From an uncultured Chloroflexia bacterium (GTDB lineage Bacteria > Chloroflexota > Chloroflexia > QHBQ01 > JADMIH01): a DNA stretch of 64,000 nucleotides. The notes beneath the pieces were generated by a model. It was not told the origin of the DNA, ran no database searches, and worked only from the letters and a program-made list of their open reading frames with translations. A program made the position numbers and the translations under genes. This document shows, in pieces, positions 31,029 through 40,976 of the stretch. Numbering within the stretch: the first letter of the stretch is position 1; each line of letters opens with the position of its first letter. Location of the stretch: NCBI GenBank assembly GCA_963797095.1, contig CAWCNY010000001.1, positions 512,001 to 576,000 on the forward strand, written 5' to 3'.

Positions 31029-32638
31029 TCTTCCCTCCAAACATCTTCCCAGTTGCCAAAGGCTTCAGCCATGCTGCCGAATCCTGGCAACTCAGTATCG
31101 ACAACGGTTACGACTTCCGCGTCGACGTTTCCACCTACCTTCGGCCCCCTGGTCGCTCGACCCACCATTTGACTATAAAGCACTAACGACTTCGTGGGTC
31201 GTGCTATGAGGGCCGCGCTTGTTTTAGGTGCATTAAAACCTGTGGTCAGCACGCCATAGTTGCAGATAATTCTAGGGTCATCGCCTTCCCCTTTGTAGCG
31301 CGCGAGCAGGCGACTTCTCTCAAGGGATGACGTGGTTCCTGTCACAGCGGCTGCATCGTGCCCACGCGCGCTAAGTACAGCTGCCAGTAAATGTGAGTGC
31401 TCCACTGACGCCGCAAAGATCAGCACCCGTTTATGCCTCCTGATAAGTTTCTCCACCTCCACTATGATCGCGAGATTGCGCTGATCGTCCTCAGCAAGCC
31501 GCTTTAGTATTCTTTCTGGGATATCTAGCTCCTGCCCTATCTCCTTCATGTCTGCGGAGCTCAAGCCTAAGCCGCTACCACTTGGCAGTGTTCGGTAATT
31601 GACACGGGCTAAGTAGCCCTCGGCCACGAGGTACGCAATAGGATTGGTGTAACCCTCAATCCTGAGTCCGACTTTGTGCCGACCAAAGTAGTCGGACAAC
31701 TCTGCGTCAGCACTAGGATCATTCCAGGTCCGGCCCGGTGTGGCGGTAAGCCCTAATAGGCCTGCCGCCCGACCTTGTGTCACCAGCATATCAAGCACTA
31801 ATCGGTAAGCTGGAGCAATTGCCTGATGAGCCTCGTCGATAATGACTAGCGTACATCGGCCTGCTAGCGTTCCCAATAGGGACGATCCTTGGCGACCTGC
31901 AATGAACAGCTTCGCAAGCCCAGCAATGACGATGCCATCCGATGCTCGTTCAAGCTCCAATGAATGGGGACCCCAGAATCGGTTTACATTGACTTCACGA
32001 TCCCCCAAGACGGCCCAGGTTGATTCGAATTCCGATGCAGCCTGCTCGCACAACTCTTCGCTGTAGGCTAACCAAACCGCCAACGCCGGCTCTTGGGTGC
32101 GGAGATGATCTGCAATTACCTGCATGGCCATTCTGGTCTTGCCAGCACCTGTGGGCATGTGCAAGAGCACCCGATGCGGTTCCTGGCTCAGTGCGGTTCG
32201 TACCTCACGCACTGCGGTACGCTGGTGTTCAAATAGTGAAAGCTCGCCTATGACGGAACCACTTGAGGGTACATAAGCGACTTCATTTGGTGCAGGAACG
32301 ACCAACTCGAAGAACTCAAATAACAGACGTTCGCGCTCTGAGCCTCTTCGAATCTCGATGGAGCGTAGAGCAGCGAAAACATCCCCACTGTTCTTCAAAC
32401 CCAGGGCATTTGCTAGCCTGTTTGCCTCAGGGGTGCGCAAGAGGTCTAGCAGAAGCTCGCGGCTTGTACGACTAATGAGGAGATCCTCACGTGAGCGCAA
32501 TTGGAGCATGATCTCACTAAGATTGCCAGGATTCACAGAACGTGAGTCGAGTAACCCGAGCAGTCGAATAGTAGGCCCGCCAAGTAAATCCTGGAGGGTC
32601 GCGTCATCGGCTCGGGATAGTAGATCATCGAACTTCAT
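31025..32638 (-). CDS. SF2 DEAD/DEAH-box helicase (ResIII-like)
   Basis: MPTGAGKT, IIDEAH, LTATP, NYGVLTTGFNAP, QMVGRATR. Confidence 0.92.
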   Translation of the reverse strand: MKFDDLLSRADDATLQDLLGGPTIRLLGLLDSRSVNPGNLSEIMLQLRSREDLLISRTSRELLLDLLRTPEANRLANALGLKNSGDVFAALRSIEIRRGSERERLLFEFFELVVPAPNEVAYVPSSGSVIGELSLFEHQRTAVREVRTALSQEPHRVLLHMPTGAGKTRMAMQVIADHLRTQEPALAVWLAYSEELCEQAASEFESTWAVLGDREVNVNRFWGPHSLELERASDGIVIAGLAKLFIAGRQGSSLLGTLAGRCTLVIIDEAHQAIAPAYRLVLDMLVTQGRAAGLLGLTATPGRTWNDPSADAELSDYFGRHKVGLRIEGYTNPIAYLVAEGYLARVNYRTLPSGSGLGLSSADMKEIGQELDIPERILKRLAEDDQRNLAIIVEVEKLIRRHKRVLIFAASVEHSHLLAAVLSARGHDAAAVTGTTSSLERSRLLARYKGEGDDPRIICNYGVLTTGFNAPKTSAALIARPTKSLVLYSQMVGRATRGPKVGGNVDAEVVTVVDTELPGFGSMAEAFGNWEDVWREE

Positions 32639-32709
32639 CAGCTATTTAAGAACACCCACAGCTTTTACTTGGAGTACACAGCGTGCCCACTTTGGATTCA
32701 CATGAGGAG

Positions 32710-33891
32710 CTACCGTACCGAGGACTGAACAGTATGAAGGCGCTCTGCTGCCCGAATGATAGCGTCAGTAGCGTGGGCGACTTCGTCATCGGTAGTGAAT
32801 CTTCCCACGCCAATGCGCACGGTGCTGTATGCGTCTTCTCTGCTCAGCCCTATCGCCAACAGCACGTATGAGGGTTCTGGGGCTCCGCTAGTACAGGCAG
32901 AGCCCGTGCTTAGCGCTACCTGAGGCGTATTAGCTATCAGCGCTTCGGCGTCCAGTCCTGGGAATGTAAGGCTGCTGTTGCCAGGTAGGCGTGCGTGAAC
33001 AGCTCCGTTGCGCCGGGCAGCAGTGAGAGCGTTCATCAAAACACCTTCGAGCCTATCTCGCAGCTCGCTGACACGAGCTGCTTCGGTTGGGAGCGAATCC
33101 ATATATAGCGCGCACGCGGCGCCCAGCCCGACAATGCCTGGCACATTCAGAGTTCCAGGGCGTAGATCCCGCTCCTGGCCTCCTCCAAAAACCAGGGGCT
33201 GCATAGGGAGTGAGTATGCACCGCCCCTGATGTAGAGCGCACCAACTCCTTTCGGTCCATATATCTTGTGGGCGCTCAAGGACAAGAGGTCTACATCGCA
33301 CGCATCGACATTGACCGGGATCTTACCTACCGCCTGCGCGGCGTCACTATGCACAAGAGCCCCTTTGTCGTGGGCTAGAGCAGCGATCTCGGCCAGGGGT
33401 TGAATTGTCCCTATTTCGTTGTTTGCTGCCTGTACTGAAACCAATAGCGTATCATCTGTAATCGCACTCTTCACAGCGATCATTTCAACGCGCCCGTCCG
33501 CGCCAACCGGTAGCAGGACTAGCTCGAACCCTTCTTTCTCGAGTTGGTGGCAGGGTTCGAGCACGGCCTTATGTTCGATAGAAGTCGTAACGATCCGCCG
33601 CCGGACATGACCGCCTCTCAACTCTGCAATACCCGCCATACCCCGGGCCAGCCCTAATATTGCCAGGTTGTTGCTCTCAGTGGCCCCTGACGTGAAGACA
33701 ATCTCACCAGGTTGAGCCCCTAGCAAATCAGCCACATGCGCTCGCGCCGCTTCAACCGCAGACAATGCCTCGCGCCCAGCTGCATGGAGTGTACTTGAGG
33801 CGTTTCCAAAGGTATGTCCAAAGAAGGGTAACATTTGTTCCACAACCCTCGGATCACATGGAGTCGTGGCATGGTAGTCTAAATAAATCAT
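32710..33891 (-). CDS. sspA: Cysteine desulfurase (IscS/DndA/SspA type)
   Basis: MIYLDYHATTP (ATG 33891), TSGATE, SAHKIYGPKG (PLP lysine), STGSACTS (catalytic Cys). Lies within the ssp operon. Confidence 0.9.
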   Translation of the reverse strand: MIYLDYHATTPCDPRVVEQMLPFFGHTFGNASSTLHAAGREALSAVEAARAHVADLLGAQPGEIVFTSGATESNNLAILGLARGMAGIAELRGGHVRRRIVTTSIEHKAVLEPCHQLEKEGFELVLLPVGADGRVEMIAVKSAITDDTLLVSVQAANNEIGTIQPLAEIAALAHDKGALVHSDAAQAVGKIPVNVDACDVDLLSLSAHKIYGPKGVGALYIRGGAYSLPMQPLVFGGGQERDLRPGTLNVPGIVGLGAACALYMDSLPTEAARVSELRDRLEGVLMNALTAARRNGAVHARLPGNSSLTFPGLDAEALIANTPQVALSTGSACTSGAPEPSYVLLAIGLSREDAYSTVRIGVGRFTTDDEVAHATDAIIRAAERLHTVQSSVR

Positions 33892-33907
33892 TAAGTGCCT
33901 CGCACTA

Positions 33908-34720
33908 TTATAGCTGACAGACCAGACAGCCGCCATCGTCGTCTAAGCTGTCTGGCTCGCCTGTGAACATCTCGGCCAGCGTCTTCGGCCTTCTGCGGGC
34001 GGCCGCCTGCGTCTTTCGCTTCTGTTCCTCGCGCTGGATCTGCTCGACACGTTCTGGTCGAGCGAGTTCTTGCAGGCTCTCGTGCTGAGCCCAAGTATAT
34101 CCTTGCTCAGGCTTCTCATAGCCCTTCGCGCTCTCGTACAGTTCAGGGTGCTTCTCAAGTAAACCCACCCACTCCTTCTTCCGCTGAAAGAAGCAGAAAT
34201 AGCACCCCGAACGGGTGCGCCACTCGTAATACTCAGGCATGCCTATCCCACTATCATCTAGAATTCGGAACACGTCGTCTTTTGTTATGCCATCTTCCTT
34301 GAAGGGGAATACCGGGGTTATTGTGGGTTTGGTGCTGATATATCCTTCGCGGTTCTCATCACTTCGAATGGCGACATAAAGATTCACCGGGTCGTCGCCA
34401 ACATACTGCTCAAACGGTTCTATCTTGAGCTTACGCGTACACCAGCGGACGCTCGGAGAGGGCAGAAATCCTCCATACATATCGAGCCAGTGGTCAAAAC
34501 CACGATCTCCTAGGCCGCTAGCTAGCCGTGTGATAGGCTTTTCCAGATAAGCTTCAACTCGAGTCAGATATTCGTAGGTCTCGGGCAGTTCCTTCTGGGT
34601 ATCACAGAAGAGATACTCCATATCTATTTCTGGGTGATGGTCCCGCATATAGATAGCGAGCCCTGTGCTGTCTTTGCCACCGGACAACAGCAATATGTTA
34701 CGTCGCAGCTTCTCACTCAT
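33908..34720 (-). CDS. sspD: PAPS-reductase-family protein (SspD/DndC-like)
   Basis: SGGKDS PP-loop, RWCTRKLK, RSGCYFC, C-terminal CLVC. ATG at 34720 overlaps the upstream gene end. Confidence 0.9.
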   Translation of the reverse strand: MSEKLRRNILLLSGGKDSTGLAIYMRDHHPEIDMEYLFCDTQKELPETYEYLTRVEAYLEKPITRLASGLGDRGFDHWLDMYGGFLPSPSVRWCTRKLKIEPFEQYVGDDPVNLYVAIRSDENREGYISTKPTITPVFPFKEDGITKDDVFRILDDSGIGMPEYYEWRTRSGCYFCFFQRKKEWVGLLEKHPELYESAKGYEKPEQGYTWAQHESLQELARPERVEQIQREEQKRKTQAAARRRPKTLAEMFTGEPDSLDDDGGCLVCQL

Positions 34721-37700
34721 TATCGTGCCCTCCCTGGCCACCGATGTCTCGGCCACCGATGTCTCCCATGTCTCCCAGATAGCGCATTGCAGCCTGGGCG
34801 AGGGCGGCTATACGCACCCTGCGTGCCTCCTCACTACCGTCCGTGCCTTGGCTCAACAGCGTGCTTATACGTTCCGTAAGGGCGTCTACAGAAGCAACTC
34901 GCTCAGGCGTCAAAGCAACGATAGCACGCGCTTCCTTAATGTGGCCGTTTAGTAACCCAATGCGCAGGACCTGGGTCGCGCCCGTGAGCTGTTGCTCTGT
35001 CACCAACTCTTCCAACCGGACAAAGTCGCTGGCTATCTGGCGCAGCCGTAAACCGAAGCCCACAGCGTCCGGGTCTCGCCATTGATTGGGAGGCGTGCCC
35101 TGGTTAACCACACGTCCTAGCACTTCTCGCCACTCGCGACCTTCCAGGCGGCTGGACTCGCGTATGAACAACGTCAGGGTCTGCTCGGCGGACGTTCCTT
35201 CGATGGCTGCAGCCCTTCGTTGGAGCTGGCTACGCACGCTGTCAGACGATCCTTGCAGGTCGAACACAATCCGCACTTGCTCCTCTATCTGGTCCAGAAG
35301 CTTGTGATAGGCGTGCTGTAGAGCCAACAAGCAGTCTTTGAGCAGGCTGGCGAAAGAACCGCCCGGGTCCCACCGCAGCGAGGGGAGCCCCAGTGCTCGT
35401 GGCAGGTCCACAAACAGTAAGGCGTACGGATCGGCGGACCGCAACAGAATATCGCGGACCGCCACAGCCTGTGGCGGCTCTAGCTTCTTCGTGTTCTTAG
35501 CATATTGAGGCAGGTGCGCCGCGAACAGCACGAGGGGTTTTACCACCCCTAGCAGTTGCGAAGCACTATCGTCTTCTTTGAGCGGCCCTTGCACCGTTTC
35601 GAGTATGTCAGTAATATCGGCGAACGCCTGCCGGTCTTCATCCGACACCACAAACTGCTGAATTTCAAAGGCTTCCGGTACACGGAGTAACCGCTCGATA
35701 ACTTCGACCCTTAGTTCCGGCACGAACACCCCGCCGTCGTAGAGCGCCACATCGTCCTTATGCGCCAGCAGTAGGGCGCACGTCAGGAGAGGAACGACCC
35801 CCTCGCGGAGGCCGAACGGAGCGCGTCTCAATCGGGAAGCTATCTCAAGGATTGGTCGGCGGTTGCTGTGTGTCTCTTGCAAGAATTCGTTTAGCGTGTG
35901 CCACACGGGTAGCCAGGTGCTGTTCGGTTCCCCTAGCTGCAGGCGCCCGCCCCGGAAGCCGTGGAAGCCGCCATCTTGTAGGAGCGACCGATACATGCTC
36001 ACTTCGGGAGGGTTGCCTGTGAAGCCGAGGGTTGGCTCCCCTTCTCGACTCAGCATAGCTTCGAGCAGGTTGCGTCGAGCTTTGGCAGCTGAAGATGACA
36101 GATGATCGCGGTTGAGCAGCTCGTTACGCAGTACTGGGGCCTGGTTGTATACCTGATCGCAAAGCTTCGAGATCCACTGCGAGAAGCTCCTCGCGGAATG
36201 TAATTCGTGCAGTGTGCCCCCTTGCACCCATTCGCAGGCCGATACATCTAGCGAGTAGCCGCGGAGACCAAGTACGGAGCCAGCTAGGCTCTCCAGCCGC
36301 TCTATCGCCTGTCTCAGGCGCGCCTTCACTTCTTGCCTTGCCACAGGATCGCCCTGCAGCCCCGGGACATTTGAGGTCACCCACTCCCAGCTTTCGACTT
36401 CCCGCAGAGCCTCTTCCAAACCAGTCATCGGCCTAGGGAACGCCAAGATACGGAGGCGATGCTCAGGCTGTTGGCTGAACGTCAGCTCTTGCGCGTATTT
36501 AATGAGAGCCTCGCGCTCGGCGTCGGCCGGGGTAAGGACATAAAGTATCTGGCCGTCGGCTGGGGTAAGAGGCTGGTTGAACGTTTGGCGAAGGGTCAAT
36601 GGATCGCCATCAATTAGATCGACCGAGAAATAGCGGAGTGTGCCACGCTTGATGTAGTGAGAGCGCGCCACCAACGGGCGCACAGCAATTGACGCCTTAA
36701 GGCGCTCGGCCAGCCTACCATGCCCAACCATCTGTAGGGCTTCCTGGATAGCGGTGTCGAGGTCGACGTCCGAACCTTCCCACAGCGCGTAGGCGTCTTC
36801 GTGGCGCCTGTAGACCAATATCGAGGCGCGTTGTAGGTGAGCTATGGCTTCGTTCACGCCCTCGCGATTGCCCAATGCTAGCGCGATAAGCTCTTGCGAA
36901 GCCTTCAGGCCAACGGCCGCCCCGTAAAGGTTGAGTAAGCCAACAGTCTTAATAACGGCAGTCGCAAGGCGTGGGGCACCGACGGTAACTCGCTCCAGGG
37001 CGTTCTCTATCTCCGACCAGCGCCTGGCTCGATCTCCGCGATAGATAGCAGCGCCTAACGCAGTAGTAACGTAGTCATACAGATCGTCGCTGCGGTAGAA
37101 GGGTGGTAAACCCTCGCTCCAGGTGATACCTGCTAGAAACTGCTGGAAGCCGAACGGCTCTCGCCCCGTGAGAAAAGCGAATAAAGACCGCTCATTCTGG
37201 GCTAGCTTACTCCGGAACAGGGGCCACAGGAGCAGGGCAGTCACCGGGTGCAAAGGCGCACAATTCGCCAGCAATTCGCCTAAGGCCGGGAAGCGCTGTC
37301 CCACCTCACCAAAAGGTGGTGCTTGTACAACCTGCTCCGTCGCGTAGATATAGCTTGTCTCCAAGTCAGTAGGCATCTCACGGCCTATCGCAGCCCCTAC
37401 CAGGCGTAGGAGCTGCTCTGGTGGCTCTTGGAAAGCGACATCAGTGAAGCGACCTTGAACTTTCTGCCACTCCCTGCGGCGTAAGTCGTCGAGCGTATCA
37501 AGATAGTCAGCAAATGACGCATGAAGTATTGTGACCAGCAGGATGGGGATGGTACTTCTGGCCGCTGCCTCTGCCAAGTGCTGCATGACTAGCAGGTCTT
37601 CGCTTTCCGGATGCTGGGACGCATGCTCGAGGAGCTTGCCAAACTCGTCAATAACCAGTAGCAGCCCACCATAACCCCGTGCTCTAGATGCCCGCGCCGC

Positions 37701-38195
37701 TGATTCGACCAGAGTTAAAACGTGGTCTCCTTGCCCTCCAGCACTGTCGGCGGTGGCTGGGTAGAGGGTATCAAAATCCTCGGTAAGTCCAAGGGTCACT
37801 GGCTCGACCGCCTCACGCAGTGCGGACATAATCGTGGGTACGAGCGGGGCGCGCTGCCCTACACACAGCATGGGCAAAAAGGGAGGTAGGTCAAACCCTA
37901 CGCTTTGGCGTAGAGGGTAGCTTTGAGGGTGTTCCGGGGTAGCTTGGGCCAGCAGATCCGTCAAAAAGAGAGCGAAGGCGGATTTCCCAGTCCCATACGG
38001 CCCAGTAATGGACCAAGCCCGACTGCCTCCAGGTATCTGCAGACCAGCTAGCATCTGAGTCGCCAGATCACGGGCGGTCGGTGTCAGAAGATACTCGTGG
38101 ACACTTCGCGGGTTTTTCCAGTCCTTGGCTATTTGCACAGAACGATAGAATCTCCCTCTGACAGTTACTGCTTCGTGGAATGCTACTGCAGTCAT
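34713..38195 (-). CDS. sspC: Large P-loop ATPase (SspC/BrxC-like)
   Basis: ITGPYGTGKS, LLLVIDEFGK, EWQKVQGRF, AQNERSLFAFL. Sits between the DUF4007 and PAPS reductase genes. Confidence 0.85.
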   Translation of the reverse strand: MTAVAFHEAVTVRGRFYRSVQIAKDWKNPRSVHEYLLTPTARDLATQMLAGLQIPGGSRAWSITGPYGTGKSAFALFLTDLLAQATPEHPQSYPLRQSVGFDLPPFLPMLCVGQRAPLVPTIMSALREAVEPVTLGLTEDFDTLYPATADSAGGQGDHVLTLVESAARASRARGYGGLLLVIDEFGKLLEHASQHPESEDLLVMQHLAEAAARSTIPILLVTILHASFADYLDTLDDLRRREWQKVQGRFTDVAFQEPPEQLLRLVGAAIGREMPTDLETSYIYATEQVVQAPPFGEVGQRFPALGELLANCAPLHPVTALLLWPLFRSKLAQNERSLFAFLTGREPFGFQQFLAGITWSEGLPPFYRSDDLYDYVTTALGAAIYRGDRARRWSEIENALERVTVGAPRLATAVIKTVGLLNLYGAAVGLKASQELIALALGNREGVNEAIAHLQRASILVYRRHEDAYALWEGSDVDLDTAIQEALQMVGHGRLAERLKASIAVRPLVARSHYIKRGTLRYFSVDLIDGDPLTLRQTFNQPLTPADGQILYVLTPADAEREALIKYAQELTFSQQPEHRLRILAFPRPMTGLEEALREVESWEWVTSNVPGLQGDPVARQEVKARLRQAIERLESLAGSVLGLRGYSLDVSACEWVQGGTLHELHSARSFSQWISKLCDQVYNQAPVLRNELLNRDHLSSSAAKARRNLLEAMLSREGEPTLGFTGNPPEVSMYRSLLQDGGFHGFRGGRLQLGEPNSTWLPVWHTLNEFLQETHSNRRPILEIASRLRRAPFGLREGVVPLLTCALLLAHKDDVALYDGGVFVPELRVEVIERLLRVPEAFEIQQFVVSDEDRQAFADITDILETVQGPLKEDDSASQLLGVVKPLVLFAAHLPQYAKNTKKLEPPQAVAVRDILLRSADPYALLFVDLPRALGLPSLRWDPGGSFASLLKDCLLALQHAYHKLLDQIEEQVRIVFDLQGSSDSVRSQLQRRAAAIEGTSAEQTLTLFIRESSRLEGREWREVLGRVVNQGTPPNQWRDPDAVGFGLRLRQIASDFVRLEELVTEQQLTGATQVLRIGLLNGHIKEARAIVALTPERVASVDALTERISTLLSQGTDGSEEARRVRIAALAQAAMRYLGDMGDIGGRDIGGQGGHDNE

Positions 38196-39226
38196 ACCGT
38201 TCGCACCTGTGCATGTTCGCTATCTAAAGCCTGCTTGAAGTACCTTGCTAATGTCGAGAAAGCAGATAGGTCTTGGCGTGAGTAGTCGTTGCCATCGTAG
38301 CTTGGGCGCATGACCAATCGGCGTCCGGCCGTTTCGTCATAGCTCAATGGGCACCACCTGGGCAGCTCTTCTAAATATGCCGCCAGAGCATTCTCGGATA
38401 ACTTGAAAGCCGCACCCGGGCTTCCGCCGCCGTATTGGATCGACTCGAAAGAGAGTGTGCGCTGTGAGGGTGCAATTCGCTCCCAAAACTCTAACAAAGC
38501 ATACACAAAAATAGCCTGAGGCAATGCGGGTTTTGGGCCGCGCACGAACTCGTAAACGCCACGCTCGACTTCCCGGATCAGCCCCAGTTCGACCAGTGGA
38601 CAGTCGAATGTATCTTCCAAGGGCAGATCACGGGTCGCATGTGCGGGGGTGTAGGTGCGGATGAACACTTCGACATCCCTACGGACGGAAGCCGTAGTCG
38701 CTCGCACTAGCGGCGTCTGCTGGACCCGCTTCATTAGCCATTCAGTCAGGCTGTCACGGGTGAATGTAGGCTCATGGAACTGGGTATAGGTCAGATACCA
38801 GGTTGAGGCCCTATCCCGGCGACTTACTAGAAGCCAATGAAGTAACCATAGCGTGCCTGGATCCTCTAAATATGGGTCCCAGCCCCCATCGCTGAAGAGC
38901 GCCTGGCCCAAGGGAGTAGTTTGGACTACCTTCCCCCGGTCGGCGGACTGTATCAGCCTTAGCGTCTCGCACCAGAAGCGTATAGAAGTGACCATGTTCT
39001 TACCGACGCCCAGGATGACCATAGCGTCGTCACGGGTAAAGAGGTTAGGGTAGCTCTGCAATCCTTGTACGCCTTTTGGCAGCCAGGCATAGCGTAGTGG
39101 AAACGTCTCGTGCCCACTGAAGCTGTAGCGGCCCGTGTCGACCGATGACATGGCCACGCCGGACAGAGGGTTGTCGCTTTGTGTACCGAGAAAGTTAGTC
39201 ATTAGCGTCGGGGTATCGGGTAGCAA
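38192..39226 (-). CDS. sspB: DUF4007 family protein (SspB-like)
   Basis: FSGHETFPLRYAWLPKG, LGVGKNMVTSIRFW, DPYLEDPGTLWLLHW, CPLVELGLI. ATGA overlap with sspC. Confidence 0.9.
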   Translation of the reverse strand: MLPDTPTLMTNFLGTQSDNPLSGVAMSSVDTGRYSFSGHETFPLRYAWLPKGVQGLQSYPNLFTRDDAMVILGVGKNMVTSIRFWCETLRLIQSADRGKVVQTTPLGQALFSDGGWDPYLEDPGTLWLLHWLLVSRRDRASTWYLTYTQFHEPTFTRDSLTEWLMKRVQQTPLVRATTASVRRDVEVFIRTYTPAHATRDLPLEDTFDCPLVELGLIREVERGVYEFVRGPKPALPQAIFVYALLEFWERIAPSQRTLSFESIQYGGGSPGAAFKLSENALAAYLEELPRWCPLSYDETAGRRLVMRPSYDGNDYSRQDLSAFSTLARYFKQALDSEHAQVRTV

Positions 39227-39434
39227 AGGGTTCCCTCCTTGTAGAGCATCTAAACTCCTGCCTATAGTGTATCACAGTCGACGGGATGTGGATAAAATCG
39301 CTACCAGGCACAATATGTAGTAGTTATTCTGTGCCGTTGCGCTTTTTCTAGATGTTCTAGGAATCGGATAGCTCATTGGAAGTGTCAGAAGTAAGGGTAG
39401 CACCTGGTTGACGGCTGTTCATTGGTGTAGAATG

Positions 39435-40352
39435 TCACCGACCGAGATGAATGAGCGCCATAACAGTAGGCGTATTTCGCATCCTCACCAGCGTGGTCTC
39501 TACATGAAATCGGCCCTTGATTTGTTGGAAGTCAAGCACTTCATTGCACGCATCGATCTCACCGAAGATGCTCCCTCGTAGACCCTTCTGCAACGCCCGG
39601 TATATCGAGGTACTCGGAGGAATTGTCTCACTCGGGGCGAAGCACTTCCCAGCACTAGGTGAGTTCCACTGCCGCCACACGCGCAAATCAGCAGATGATC
39701 TCCATGGGGGCACATGATAGACCGAGGAGCCTTGATTAGACAGCATGGGCTGCGACCAGCGTAGCGTGCCCTCCTGAGCCAGGACGAAGATGCAAGGCGA
39801 CACATCAGCTTCCACCATTCGCCGCACGATTGGGGTCACCGACAACCTACAATCCCTTGCCCACTGGAACCCATAGGAAAGCCTAACTCTTCTGCTGCGC
39901 ACGACAGGGAAGAAGAGAGCCCCGGGTAACATGATCTCTGCAGCGCCCCAGTCGCACCAGAATTCTTTGTGCCTCCAAAGCTGCTCCATCTCCCCCCGAG
40001 TGTAGCGACCCGGCACCTCAGCACGAAGTGCGGCAAATAACCCTTCTACGAACTCGTGTGCTTTGCTGTAATTCTGTACTCCCGCGGGATCATCGCCGTT
40101 GATGACCATACGATTGCCCATCAAGAAACCACGCTGTTTACTGTCGCCGTCGGACAGCAACTCAACGCGGAGCCTGAAGCCGTGGTGCTCGATGAGACGG
40201 TCAATGTCCACGGGCAAGCGCCAAGTACCTGCGGAGCGGAGCATATACTCGGCATACTCCTGGACGAGGATGCGTGTGTCACGAGTCTCAGTCTGTCTGA
40301 GGAAAGCCTGCGGCGCATTAGGTAGGTTGAGGGCATTCGCTAAGTTCATCAT
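39435..40352 (-). CDS. ImmA/IrrE/CapP-like metallopeptidase-fold protein (variant HExxE motif)
   Basis: LPVDID, VQNYSKAHEFVE, EFWCDWGAAEIMLP, then HTH-like and C-terminal regions. Immediately follows an XRE gene. Confidence 0.75.
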   Translation of the reverse strand: MMNLANALNLPNAPQAFLRQTETRDTRILVQEYAEYMLRSAGTWRLPVDIDRLIEHHGFRLRVELLSDGDSKQRGFLMGNRMVINGDDPAGVQNYSKAHEFVEGLFAALRAEVPGRYTRGEMEQLWRHKEFWCDWGAAEIMLPGALFFPVVRSRRVRLSYGFQWARDCRLSVTPIVRRMVEADVSPCIFVLAQEGTLRWSQPMLSNQGSSVYHVPPWRSSADLRVWRQWNSPSAGKCFAPSETIPPSTSIYRALQKGLRGSIFGEIDACNEVLDFQQIKGRFHVETTLVRMRNTPTVMALIHLGR

Positions 40353-40384
40353 TACCTACGCTTCCTCGTTCCTCCTTCTGAGGG

Positions 40385-40786
40385 CTATCGAGCCTCTTCT
40401 TCCTCTTCTAGCATTGCTTTAATCACCGAGTATATCGCCCGCCACTCACGCGGAGTAGTAGGCTTCCGCCCACGGTACTCTATCTGGGCCAGCATAGTGA
40501 GCTCACGAGTGCTCAACCCTGACTGCTCCGCAAATTCCTGAAGGCTAGCTGGTATTTCTACTGCGTCGAACCGCTCGCCCAGTAACTCACTGGGCCTGGC
40601 ATCGAGCGCATCTGCAAGCTTCTTGATCTTATCCTCGGTTGGAGCGCTTTCACTACGCTCGATTTGGTACAGGTAACTGCGTGAGATCTTTGACTTCTCA
40701 GCAAGGTCGCTGAGGCTCCAGCCTCTCTTCTCACGTAATTGGCGGACCCGATCTCCAATCTTCTCATTAGGCACTTGTTCAGGCAT
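40385..40786 (-). CDS. XRE-family HTH transcriptional regulator
   Basis: IGDRVRQLREKRGWSLSDLAEKSKISRSYLYQIER. Confidence 0.92.
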   Translation of the reverse strand: MPEQVPNEKIGDRVRQLREKRGWSLSDLAEKSKISRSYLYQIERSESAPTEDKIKKLADALDARPSELLGERFDAVEIPASLQEFAEQSGLSTRELTMLAQIEYRGRKPTTPREWRAIYSVIKAMLEEEEEAR

Positions 40787-40821
40787 ATGCAGGTCTTCCC
40801 TCTGTCCTTTACTCTGTTGCC

Positions 40822-40940
40822 ATTATAAAGGCCGACGGAAGCGGCGTCAATATAGCGGTACGATATTCTCCGGTATTGTGGAAAAACCTCTTGACGCCGC
40901 TGTCGTTATAGCAGTATGCTTATGTACGTAATATCGTACA
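40822..40940. promoter_or_regulatory. Back-to-back sigma70-type promoters with a palindromic operator
   Basis: Minus strand TTGACG(40850-45)-17-TATAAT(40827-22). Plus strand TTGACG(40891-96)-18-TATGCT(40915-20). Palindrome TGTACG-taatat-CGTACA at 40923-40940 and related GTACGATATT at 40858-40867. Confidence 0.7.
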
Positions 40941-40976
40941 GAGCGGTGCGGTAAATCTAATGAAAGGAGGGCCAAG

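Noticed and set aside
28300-32638. DISARM assignment for the helicase + PLD
   Set aside because: There is no DUF1998 (DrmB) or methyltransferase gene, and the helicase is much shorter than DrmA.
32710-39226. BREX type 4 or Dnd assignment
   Set aside because: No PglZ, BrxL, DndB, DndD or DndE gene was recognised; gene content and order fit SspABCD better.
39287-39295. Perfect DnaA box (TGTGGATAA) upstream of sspB, near a candidate extended -10 (TGATACACT on the minus strand)
   Set aside because: A single 9-mer is expected roughly 0.5 times by chance in 64 kb on two strands; no cluster or AT-rich unwinding region is present.
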